Shown: in pieces, positions 8,558 through 16,258 of the stretch
How positions within the stretch are numbered: position 1 is the stretch's first letter
Layout: each line of letters opens with the position of its first letter
Virus record (IMG/VR): IMGVR_UViG_3300043409_000928
Location: 62,001-126,000 of that record
DNA: 64,000 nucleotides
Strand: one strand, 5' to 3'
Translations under genes and position numbers: made by a program
The notes under the pieces: model-generated
Seen by the model: the letters and a program-made list of their open reading frames with translations, nothing else
What the model was told of the DNA's origin: nothing
The model's database searches: none

Positions 8558-9457
8558 TTACAAGACTACTGGAGTATACTCAATGCCGGTAGTAGCAAGA
8601 CCAACCAGTCCAATTGTGGTTTCAAATGCTGGCAACTCACTGGCGGCAACTAGCACATCAGCTTGTGACAAATTGCCATTGCTCATCCATGCTGTGTAGT
8701 CTGTGACTTGTGCCAATGTTGCATCAGTGCCAAATACATTTTTGTAAACATGCTTGATGAATGTTTCATTGCTGACGCCACCTGCATCTGTTTTGTAAAC
8801 ATCCGTGGCCAACAACGCTTGGGCCAATTGTTTGTTGGTCCATCCTGCATCAGCTAGACCAATTCCAATTCCTTTATATGCGTTAGTAACATCAGCAGTA
8901 CCAAGTGCGGCTGACAACAATGCATATACATCACCTGCACGACCTGCGGCATCATAGGCAATGGCCTTGTCTGTGAACACCACACGCTCGTGATCAGCAA
9001 GGTTAAATTCCACATTGGTGGCCAATGTGCTGTCTAATTCAATTTTACCAGCAGTCTTGGCAACGGTGTATTCGGTACTTGCACCACCGACCGTATAAGT
9101 GTCAACACCTGCGGTGCCAGTAACATCAACTGTGATATCAACTGTGCCGTCACCTGCACGACCTGTACCTACTACACCAAATGTAGCAATCTTACCTGCT
9201 GTGCCAACTGTGGCCACTGTGACGATTAGGTTGTTGGCCGCTGTTCCACCTAGTGCTGTACCAGCAAGAGTGATAGTGTCACCTGCAACATAGCCCGAAC
9301 CTGAGCTGGCCGCAAGTGAGTCAAGGACCACAGAATATGTTCCGTTGGTCTTTGTAACATCAAATATGGCTCCGTCTCCTGTGCCACCTGTTAAACCTGT
9401 AACATTTTGGTAAGTTGTGTTTACCGGTTTGTCTTTGATTGTAATTGTCGTTGTCAT
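8558..9457 (-). CDS. DUF4214-domain (S-layer/secreted-protein-like) protein, 299 aa
   Basis: C-terminal DHERVVFTDKAIAYD...AGDVYALLSAALG...SNETFIKHVYKNVFG pattern. G/T-rich N-terminal beta domain (GSGYVAGDTITLAG). Confidence 0.75.
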   Translation of the reverse strand: MTTTITIKDKPVNTTYQNVTGLTGGTGDGAIFDVTKTNGTYSVVLDSLAASSGSGYVAGDTITLAGTALGGTAANNLIVTVATVGTAGKIATFGVVGTGRAGDGTVDITVDVTGTAGVDTYTVGGASTEYTVAKTAGKIELDSTLATNVEFNLADHERVVFTDKAIAYDAAGRAGDVYALLSAALGTADVTNAYKGIGIGLADAGWTNKQLAQALLATDVYKTDAGGVSNETFIKHVYKNVFGTDATLAQVTDYTAWMSNGNLSQADVLVAASELPAFETTIGLVGLATTGIEYTPVVL

Positions 9458-9525
9458 AATTTTCCTTTATAGTATGATTTATAAACAAACTGTTTATGTT
9501 ACTATTGTACATGAATTTAATTACA

Positions 9526-9551
9526 AAACATGTGCGTGTACGCACATGTTT
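9526..9551. repeat. Perfect 12-bp inverted repeat, operator-like
   Basis: AAACATGTGCGT-GT-ACGCACATGTTT. Confidence 0.8.
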
Positions 9552-9576
9552 GACACGATTGTCCAGAATATATTGC

Positions 9577-9603
9577 CAAAAGAAAAGGCTCCTAAGAGCC
9601 TTC
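9577..9603 (-). terminator. Rho-independent terminator of the RNA ligase gene
   Basis: 25 of 27 nt identical to the 8516-8542 terminator. Confidence 0.8.
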
Positions 9604-9651
9604 TCCCCACCGACCACATTCCACGCAAATAGTCAGCTGTCGGTGTCGAAC

Positions 9652-10698
9652 TTAGTCCTTGCTTTTCAACAAGAATCTGTTGCTGATTGCCTTAAAGGAT
9701 TGATCAAGTGAGTGTGCCTTAAGCACAATGCCTTCTCTTTCCGTTTGAGCATTAAGGTTACTTTTGCCTTCTGCAAATTTCAACATGTTGGCAATGGTCA
9801 CAATGCCCAGTGAGTCATACAGTTCGGCACTATATGCTAGTACAGGTACATGCATCAGCTGGTACAGCTCACAAAACTCATTTCGTTCTACTGGATTGAA
9901 ATAGCGTTTGGCATCTATGTCATAAATGTCAAAAGTGTAAAAACTTTGACCTTTAATTTTGTAAGGATTCCCCTGAATGCCTTCGCCTACAATTTCACCT
10001 TGTACAGCAAGATTGCGACCGCTTTCGATAATGGCCGTGATGATCTGATCACGGTGTGCCACTTTCCAAAGTGTATTGCCTTCTGTGTCCTTTAGATTTA
10101 GGTTACGGCTACATACTCCATGATCATCACCATTGACATACACTGTCATTGACGAACCATCCAGCTTCTCGGTAACTTCCCAATTGACTCGGTCAGCCTG
10201 CCATTGTGCAAACTCTGTGCTTAGGTTTTGAACACGCTCTTGGTCTGTCTTTGGAATAAATGTTGGGAACAGACCACGCACTTCGCCTGCCAAGTGTGCT
10301 GGCACAGGTGGATCGTATTTTACGATGCCTAAAATTTCAGTGACATCAAACGGTTCATCAGATGCCAAGCGAGTCTTATGAAATGCCTCTACCACTTTGG
10401 GAAAATCCCAGTACCTAAGAAGCAAGCCTTGGCTTAATTGGCCGCGAAGTTTTACTGTACGCAGACGCTCACCTGGAATGCCATCGTATACTCGAGGCTC
10501 TTGACCTTTGCTGAGGAACGGGGCAAGTGCTGTGGGAATCCAACTGTCAATTTCACAATAGACAGCCACGTCTCCCACTTTGAATTCATCCTTTTTAATG
10601 ACCACAGTCCAGCCACCAACCACTGCACATTCAATTGCGTCAGCATCTGGGATTGCCCGGATTTCGTCAATCGTTCTCATGGTTGCTAGTTTACGCAT
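9652..10698 (-). CDS. RNA ligase, Rnl2/DRB0094-like with N-terminal OB-like domain
   Basis: Nucleotidyltransferase motifs EKLDGSS, QGE, FDIY, EGIV, FKAISNRFL. Confidence 0.88.
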   Translation of the reverse strand: MRKLATMRTIDEIRAIPDADAIECAVVGGWTVVIKKDEFKVGDVAVYCEIDSWIPTALAPFLSKGQEPRVYDGIPGERLRTVKLRGQLSQGLLLRYWDFPKVVEAFHKTRLASDEPFDVTEILGIVKYDPPVPAHLAGEVRGLFPTFIPKTDQERVQNLSTEFAQWQADRVNWEVTEKLDGSSMTVYVNGDDHGVCSRNLNLKDTEGNTLWKVAHRDQIITAIIESGRNLAVQGEIVGEGIQGNPYKIKGQSFYTFDIYDIDAKRYFNPVERNEFCELYQLMHVPVLAYSAELYDSLGIVTIANMLKFAEGKSNLNAQTEREGIVLKAHSLDQSFKAISNRFLLKSKD

Positions 10699-10746
10699 AT
10701 CATATTCCTAAATACGGGAGGCATTGCCTCCCGGTAACTTCAGCTA

Positions 10747-11805
10747 TTATTCTGCTCGCTTCATTACAGTAGTTTCTGCAAGACGCTTCCAACGATCGCC
10801 AGCACCTGACATCTTCTTCAAGTCTGCAATCTTAATAACACTACGCAAGCTCAACTCGCGCAAGCGATCCTTGTTAGTGTCAACATACTCATAAATTTCT
10901 TTAGTAGCACCTTCTTCAAAATCATACGCATCCAACATACCATCCATGGTGATCTGTTTGATACGCAACATTTTGTCGCGGGTGGTATCCATTGTCAAGT
11001 CCAGATAGTGACAACGGCTCTCCAATGCTGTCAAGTGATCCTTGAGTTTGGCAGACCTGACATGCTCAAACTTAATGTTGGTAATGAAAATTGCACTGCC
11101 TTTAAAGTCAAACTTGTCTGGCACACCTTCTGAACGCAACATGCGGCTGTCAGTGTTCCAGCTGATAGTGCGCTTCTTGCTAGTATCCAAAGCGGCTTTC
11201 AAAATGTTCAAGCTCAAGTCGTCAAGCAAGATGCTGTCACAGTCGTCAAACACCAGCACATTGCCTTCGTCGCTGTACTGATACAGTTTGCAATACAAAC
11301 CAATGGCGCTCATTGCACCTTTGACCACTTCGTAGCGAGGACGAGTGCCGCCAATCTTGTCAAACATTGCGGCCTTGTTGAGAACTTTCTCAACGCCAAA
11401 GCTCTTACCCACGCCCGGAGGGCCAACAACAATCATTGCACGGACTGAGCCGTCGACTGCGCCTTCTGTCATTTCTTCCAAAATGTCAAAACGCTCACGA
11501 ATACGGGTAATTGCTTCTTGGTCTGTTTCTAATTGCATTGGCTTTTCTTTGCGCTTGGGTGCATCGTAGTTAGCTTCAATGCTGGTTGTGGCGCAATCCG
11601 CGGCACTGGCTGGCTCAACGTCACGCATGGATGCCACTTTAATACGCACCTCACGACCAGCAAACTCGCCAAGGCTTTCGTCACCTAGTACAGTAACATA
11701 GCCACCTTTGGTGCCTTCTTTGTAATCTGCAATCAACTGGAAAGTCTGATTGTTAATGTTGAAGCTACGGTAGGTACCGTTCTTGATAGTAATGTATGCT
11801 GACAT
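10747..11805 (-). CDS. Early AAA+ ATPase, 352 aa
   Basis: Walker A GPPGVGKS, Walker B VLVFDDCD. Start reassigned to MSAYI at 11805, preceded by SD AAGGA. Confidence 0.85.
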   Translation of the reverse strand: MSAYITIKNGTYRSFNINNQTFQLIADYKEGTKGGYVTVLGDESLGEFAGREVRIKVASMRDVEPASAADCATTSIEANYDAPKRKEKPMQLETDQEAITRIRERFDILEEMTEGAVDGSVRAMIVVGPPGVGKSFGVEKVLNKAAMFDKIGGTRPRYEVVKGAMSAIGLYCKLYQYSDEGNVLVFDDCDSILLDDLSLNILKAALDTSKKRTISWNTDSRMLRSEGVPDKFDFKGSAIFITNIKFEHVRSAKLKDHLTALESRCHYLDLTMDTTRDKMLRIKQITMDGMLDAYDFEEGATKEIYEYVDTNKDRLRELSLRSVIKIADLKKMSGAGDRWKRLAETTVMKRAE

Positions 11806-11845
11806 TTTTGGGTTCCTTTGCGTGGAATGATTAAACACAAACTCT

Positions 11846-11874
11846 ATTATGCTACAAAACAGACTACTTTGCAA
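11846..11874 (-). promoter_or_regulatory. sigma70 promoter, proximal, for the AAA ATPase
   Basis: TTGCAA-17-CATAAT with an A-rich upstream element. Confidence 0.7.
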
Positions 11875-11939
11875 CCTCTATTTTTGCTTTGTTGCATTTT
11901 TGCAACACGGGTTGTTTTAGTAGTGTTTTCCTGCATCAT
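11847..11939 (-). CDS. Possible leaderless 30-aa peptide MMQENTTKTTRVAKMQQSKNRGCKVVCFVA
   Basis: ATG lies 6 nt after the -10 of the distal promoter. Translated by hand. Confidence 0.3.
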   Translation of the reverse strand: MMQENTTKTTRVAKMQQSKNRGCKVVCFVA

Positions 11940-11945
11940 GTATGT

Positions 11946-11974
11946 ATTATATGCTGGCTATGCCCAAAGGTCAA
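11946..11974 (-). promoter_or_regulatory. sigma70 promoter, distal, strong
   Basis: TTGACC-17-TATAAT. Confidence 0.85.
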
Positions 11975-12000
11975 CCTATTTTTTGCACTTTCTGGTGCTG

Positions 12001-12013
12001 TAAGTCGTTGATT
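12001..12013 (-). promoter_or_regulatory. IHF consensus site
   Basis: AATCAACGACTTA matches WATCAANNNNTTR exactly, within an AT-rich tract upstream of the -35. Confidence 0.6.
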
Positions 12014-12089
12014 TTGTTGGAGTTTTTACATTATCAGCTTAAAAAGTGTGAGATTTTTGCACTTTTTGCTGTTTTTTAGTTAGTGCGTA

Positions 12090-12554
12090 CTAACTTAACT
12101 CTGCATCTTCCATGCCTGCTACACGAAGCTTGATTACATTGCTCAATTGCCATTGCTTGATATCAATGCCTTTTATTAGTCCCAGGAACTTGTTCCTAAT
12201 CAGTGCAAACTCATTGACAATACTATCCATGTCACACACGTCTGGTTCGCCGTCCACATACTTTTCAGCGTCGCGACTGGTCAGTGTGCGGTTGTAGTGT
12301 TCTGTAAATTCTCGAAACTTGGCACTACGAAGTTTTCTTAATTCAATATTGAGATGCTCAAGTATTGCTTCTATCTCTTGCAATTGGTTGAATCGATATT
12401 CTACAATACCTGGCATGTCTCTGCTGGCTCGCTCTAGGCTACCAGACATTTTTAACTCGGCTCGAGCCTCGGCCAATTGGTTTTCAAAGTAGGCAATACA
12501 GTCAGGTAACTGACCAATATCACCGGCTACTTTTCTATACCATTGACTCATCAA
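12090..12554 (-). CDS. uvsY: Recombination mediator UvsY
   Basis: EHYNRTLTSRDAEKYVDGE...RNKFLGLIKG...VIKLRVAGMED. Located in the same cluster as recA. Confidence 0.8.
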   Translation of the reverse strand: MMSQWYRKVAGDIGQLPDCIAYFENQLAEARAELKMSGSLERASRDMPGIVEYRFNQLQEIEAILEHLNIELRKLRSAKFREFTEHYNRTLTSRDAEKYVDGEPDVCDMDSIVNEFALIRNKFLGLIKGIDIKQWQLSNVIKLRVAGMEDAELS

Positions 12555-12784
12555 TATTCCTCTTCATCATCTGATTCAGATTCTTCATCATCACCTAGAA
12601 TTTCCGAAAATGCATTATCCAATGCAGAGTCTGATCCTTTTGCATCTTTACGGCAACCTTCTAAGTCTACAAAATTTTCCGCCACTCTTAAAAAGGCCAG
12701 TGCCGCATCTTGTCTTTCTTTTTTATCAATATAGGGTTTAAGAGCCAACCATGTTTCGGCTAACATTTCTCCAGATTCTGTCAT
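12551..12784 (-). CDS. Hypothetical acidic protein, 77 aa
   Basis: SD GGAG, overlaps the uvsY start. Confidence 0.7.
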   Translation of the reverse strand: MTESGEMLAETWLALKPYIDKKERQDAALAFLRVAENFVDLEGCRKDAKGSDSALDNAFSEILGDDEESESDDEEEY

Positions 12785-12838
12785 GCTAATTAATTCTCCA
12801 AAAAGTATATCGTTTTGATACAGCGATACTTAGTCGCA

Positions 12839-13297
12839 TCAATTATTTTGTTTTGCCATTTGTGAAAGGTATTCTTCATTGTGAATCCATTTATTCTTTA
12901 CCAAGAAACCCCATTCTCTTTGCTTTGGTCCAGGCACGAACAATGACCAACATGTAATATCTGGGTCAAGCTCGATGCGATGATAAGACCTACTGCTACA
13001 GATTCTAAAGTGACCAGGTTTTCTCCAATGGGCTAATTCGCCAAACTTGTTGCCGTGTTTATCAAATTGAGGAATCCATTCATAGTATCCGCCTTTTAGA
13101 ATCAATGTAAAATACGGCCACGGATGATCATGCACATCATCTGGATCACTTTTGCAAAACTTGTGTACAAAGATGTTGAACGGAAACCATGTACGATCTT
13201 TAAGAAACACATAGTAGCGTTCCAACAACGGTTCACTGCTTCGACGATCTAAAATAATTCTGTGTCGTCCAAGTCTTTGCATTAGTTTTTTAATCAT
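12839..13297 (-). CDS. Cupin-like metal-binding protein
   Basis: HKF...HDHPW...HRIEL pattern. Confidence 0.7.
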   Translation of the reverse strand: MIKKLMQRLGRHRIILDRRSSEPLLERYYVFLKDRTWFPFNIFVHKFCKSDPDDVHDHPWPYFTLILKGGYYEWIPQFDKHGNKFGELAHWRKPGHFRICSSRSYHRIELDPDITCWSLFVPGPKQREWGFLVKNKWIHNEEYLSQMAKQNN

Positions 13298-13502
13298 CTA
13301 CAAACCCACTTAGTATTGCATATACTCCATCTGCACTTCTTTCAATCCTTACTTGATTGCTAAAGCCAGCATACTGAAATACGCCTTGTTCAACTCGTTT
13401 AAAACAGTCAATCATAATTTCTGGTTCACCCATAACATCTGCATGAATCATTTCTGCTTCGTACAATGTTTGAAGCTGTTCGATCAAAGTTTTTATCAGC
13501 AT
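13290..13502 (-). CDS. Hypothetical protein, 70 aa, leaderless
   Basis: ATG lies 5 nt after TGtTATAAT. Confidence 0.65.
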   Translation of the reverse strand: MLIKTLIEQLQTLYEAEMIHADVMGEPEIMIDCFKRVEQGVFQYAGFSNQVRIERSADGVYAILSGFVDD

Positions 13503-13507
13503 AACAT

Positions 13508-13536
13508 ATTATAACATAAAATGTTGTCAAGGCCAA
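13508..13536 (-). promoter_or_regulatory. sigma70 extended -10 promoter
   Basis: TTGGCC-17-TATAAT with TGn extension. Confidence 0.65.
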
Positions 13537-13910
13537 TAGGTATCTTGTCCAAGTAGGGCTCTTATGGATTGAAACTCTTTCCAGGCTTCTCTATACATGG
13601 GATTGTTTACCATCATGTCGTTGTGCTTGGCTCTGTTGTCAAGGTAAAAACTTGTTGGAGAAGTATCCTGTTCGTCTGCATATTTGATTACATGATTCAA
13701 TCTGGACTCGTACATCTGCCATTTTTTAAGCGTTGCACCTGTTACTTCAATTTTATAAAGATGCTCTTCATGTTCGGGCCATGTAATTGCTGTGTCAATG
13801 TCAGGCGATTCTCTAAAAGAAAGCGGCTGGAAAAATGCACGGCGTAAGGGTCGCTTTTCAATGACCCTTACTCCTTGTTCCTGCAACCATTCAGCATGGC
13901 TGTCGGACAT
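13527..13910 (-). CDS. Hypothetical protein, 127 aa
   Basis: SD AGGAG, follows recA. Confidence 0.7.
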   Translation of the reverse strand: MSDSHAEWLQEQGVRVIEKRPLRRAFFQPLSFRESPDIDTAITWPEHEEHLYKIEVTGATLKKWQMYESRLNHVIKYADEQDTSPTSFYLDNRAKHNDMMVNNPMYREAWKEFQSIRALLGQDTYWP

Positions 13911-13912
13911 CT

Positions 13913-15007
13913 TTACTCCTCAGCTACTTCTGCGTCTATTTCGCCATTGGGGCTAATAGCGCCTTGGTAGGCCAAGTCTGTACCACGGGCTACAATGTCT
14001 GCCATGATCTTATCTAAAATTCCATCGGAGTAACCTTTACGGAATTCTTTAATAATCTCACCATCCAAGGTAGTGTAGGAAAGTTTGTTGCCTTCTTTCT
14101 TGAGCCAACCGCGAGCTTCAAACAAGTCTACTAGGCCGCTGTATGGATCCATACCAGTGGTCCACGGAATTTCTACTTGCACACTTTCAAAGGGTTTTGA
14201 ATAGCGTGTTTTCATAATCTTACAAGCGGCACGAATACCATTTACTGTAGTGGTCTTGTTGCCATCAGCATCAACTTTGAGTTTGAGCTTTTTCATAGCC
14301 ACCACCATTGAGCTGGCGTAAACAAAGCCTGATCCACCGGTGATTTTGTCATCGGGGTCAAACATGTCTTGGCTTGCGTAAGTGTGGTTGGTGACAACCA
14401 AGCCAACTGGATGTGGTGCAATACGATTAACAGTATTCTTAATAAGAGCCGTCAATGCCTTGGCCTTACGACCCATGTCACCTTTCATGTCACCTGCTTC
14501 AAACTGGTTAATGTCTGTTGGAGTCAACAACATACCAACAGAGTCGATTACAAACAATACTTTCTTTTGTTCTTCGTATGGAAGATCTGCGTAGGCTTCT
14601 TTGTATTCTTTCATGAACTCAGAGATAAACTTTGCCACTTCGTCAATCATTGATACACCAAAGCGCATCAACTTATCCGGAGCAGTATCAATGCCCAATG
14701 AACGTAACCATTCTTCGTCCAGTGCATTTTCACTGTCTAATATAACTGGAAGGATATCCAGCTTTTGTGCATGTCGAACCAGGTTACCTGAACAGATATA
14801 ACTTTTACCTGAACCAGATTCACCGGCAAACATTGTTACCTTGCCAAGTGGAATGCCACGACCAAAGTCGCCGGTCATCAAATAGTTAAGTGTATGATTG
14901 CCTGTGCTGATCCAATCTCTTGGATCGTTAAAGCCAGAACTCATTGCTGGAATGGCTTTGGTTAAGTTTTTACGAAACTTAGAAACGTCAAATGCTTTCT
15001 GTACCAT
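13913..15007 (-). CDS. uvsX: RecA/UvsX recombinase
   Basis: GESGSGKS, ILDSENA, VIDSVG, TNHTY, GGSG, KTRY. Confidence 0.93.
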   Translation of the reverse strand: MVQKAFDVSKFRKNLTKAIPAMSSGFNDPRDWISTGNHTLNYLMTGDFGRGIPLGKVTMFAGESGSGKSYICSGNLVRHAQKLDILPVILDSENALDEEWLRSLGIDTAPDKLMRFGVSMIDEVAKFISEFMKEYKEAYADLPYEEQKKVLFVIDSVGMLLTPTDINQFEAGDMKGDMGRKAKALTALIKNTVNRIAPHPVGLVVTNHTYASQDMFDPDDKITGGSGFVYASSMVVAMKKLKLKVDADGNKTTTVNGIRAACKIMKTRYSKPFESVQVEIPWTTGMDPYSGLVDLFEARGWLKKEGNKLSYTTLDGEIIKEFRKGYSDGILDKIMADIVARGTDLAYQGAISPNGEIDAEVAEE

Positions 15008-15029
15008 TGTATTATCCTTATAGATGATA

Positions 15030-15051
15030 GGAGGGTAGATCTCTACCCTCC
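15030..15051. other. Stable hairpin between gp32 and recA, no U-tract
   Basis: GGAGGGTAGA-TC-TCTACCCTCC. Processing or mRNA-stabilising role is an inference. Confidence 0.6.
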
Positions 15052-15060
15052 TTTGTTCAA

Positions 15061-16038
15061 TTAAGCTGAACGACTACGAATCATCTTTAGGATGTCATCG
15101 ACGCTGGGCTTTGCGGCTCCAGCAGGTGCGGCCACTGCGGTTGTTACTGTCGGAGCAGGCGCGGCCACTGCGGCAGGCTTGCTTGCTACTACTGGAGTGT
15201 CTTCATCAGCGTCAGCAACTGCCCCTGCTGTAGAAGCAGATGCGGTAAGTTGAACACCACTTGGACGATAAAACTTGCTCCACTTTTCTGGATCATACAA
15301 CTGACCATCAACACTGGCTTCAAACATTTCCATGATAGCACGAACTTCGTCTACACCTGGACGCTTGGGCATAAAGTCGTTCAAGTTGAACAGGCCGTGT
15401 GTTGCAATTGCTTGCAATTCCACTTCGTTCAAGCCACGCTCTTTACGTGCCCAACCTGATGTTGAGTAGTCAGCATAGCCACCCTTTTGCGTCTTGTTCA
15501 AACGGAAGTCTGTGCCACGCATGTAGTCTGTTGGCAATTCTTCCATGTCAGGATCCATTAAGGCCTGTTTGATCAAGGTAAAGATCTGTGGGCTGATGAT
15601 GAAACGGCGCACTGGATTTTCTGGAACACTTGATTCTTCCATTGGGCTGTTGACAACAAAACCTTGGAAAACATAACTGCGTTTCTTCCAATATTTGCGT
15701 CCAAGTGTTTCCATGTTGGGATCTTTGAACCAAGGACGGATTGTTGCGTGAACTGGACATGTTTCGTTCCACATTTCAACGCAAGGTACTTGAACAATAA
15801 CTTTCTTGTTTTCGTCTTGTCCCTTGACTCCCGGGAACTCAATACGAATCATTTGACGCTCACGCCAAAAGAATGTATTTGTGTCATCTCCATCTGGGAG
15901 AAAACGCATTGATGCGGATGTGCCTTCGGGGATATTCCAGTGTGCGTAAATTGCGTTATCACCGGTGCTGGTATTAGAACCACCAGACTTTTGTGCTTGC
16001 TCGGCTAGGCGAGCGCGGATTTCTGCTAAAGTTGCCAT
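15061..16038 (-). CDS. gp32: Single-stranded DNA-binding protein, gp32-like
   Basis: [37 protein letters not shown], flexible C-terminal tail. Confidence 0.88.
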   Translation of the reverse strand: MATLAEIRARLAEQAQKSGGSNTSTGDNAIYAHWNIPEGTSASMRFLPDGDDTNTFFWRERQMIRIEFPGVKGQDENKKVIVQVPCVEMWNETCPVHATIRPWFKDPNMETLGRKYWKKRSYVFQGFVVNSPMEESSVPENPVRRFIISPQIFTLIKQALMDPDMEELPTDYMRGTDFRLNKTQKGGYADYSTSGWARKERGLNEVELQAIATHGLFNLNDFMPKRPGVDEVRAIMEMFEASVDGQLYDPEKWSKFYRPSGVQLTASASTAGAVADADEDTPVVASKPAAVAAPAPTVTTAVAAPAGAAKPSVDDILKMIRSRSA

Positions 16039-16066
16039 GATAAATTTCCTTTATGTATTAGCCAAT

Positions 16067-16090
16067 AATAGTGTCAGACCCTATTGGGTC
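16067..16090 (-). promoter_or_regulatory. Candidate H-type pseudoknot in the gp32 leader
   Basis: GACC-C-AAUAG-GGUC-UGACA-CUAUU. Confidence 0.5.
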
Positions 16091-16127
16091 AAACAACACA
16101 CGCTTCAATTGTTTGGGCATGTGTTGT

Positions 16128-16157
16128 ATTATACTTATGATTGCAGTCAAAGAGCAA
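16128..16157 (-). promoter_or_regulatory. sigma70-type promoter of gp32
   Basis: TTGCTC-18-TATAAT. Confidence 0.55.
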
Positions 16158-16215
16158 TAGCCAAATCAATCTATTTTTGTCATTTTGGGCAAATGCGTTT
16201 AAATTGGTGTTTTGG

Positions 16216-16221
16216 TAAATA
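16216..16221 (+). promoter_or_regulatory. Late promoter TAAATA of the fibre gene
   Basis: Followed by a leader with SD AAGGA before ATG 16259. Confidence 0.7.
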
Positions 16222-16258
16222 TCTCAAAGCCACGACCCTGGCAAAAAGGAAAAATACA

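Noticed and set aside
10716-10734. CGGGAGGC/GCCTCCCG hairpin as a terminator
   Set aside because: The U-tract is weak and the RNA ligase gene behind it has no promoter of its own, so a processing or stability hairpin is more likely.
13508-16150. TTGAC(A/T) 11 nt upstream of TATAAT at 13525-13530 and 16145-16150 as a MotA-like middle-promoter box
   Set aside because: Only two cases were found, and both have acceptable -35 hexamers at 17-18 nt.
15965-16258. ORF-track N-terminal extensions (also 3250-3411, 11806-11874, 21853-21915, 53227-53334, 57937-57981)
   Set aside because: They overlap neighbouring genes or promoters. The downstream ATGs have an SD or sit at the predicted +1.
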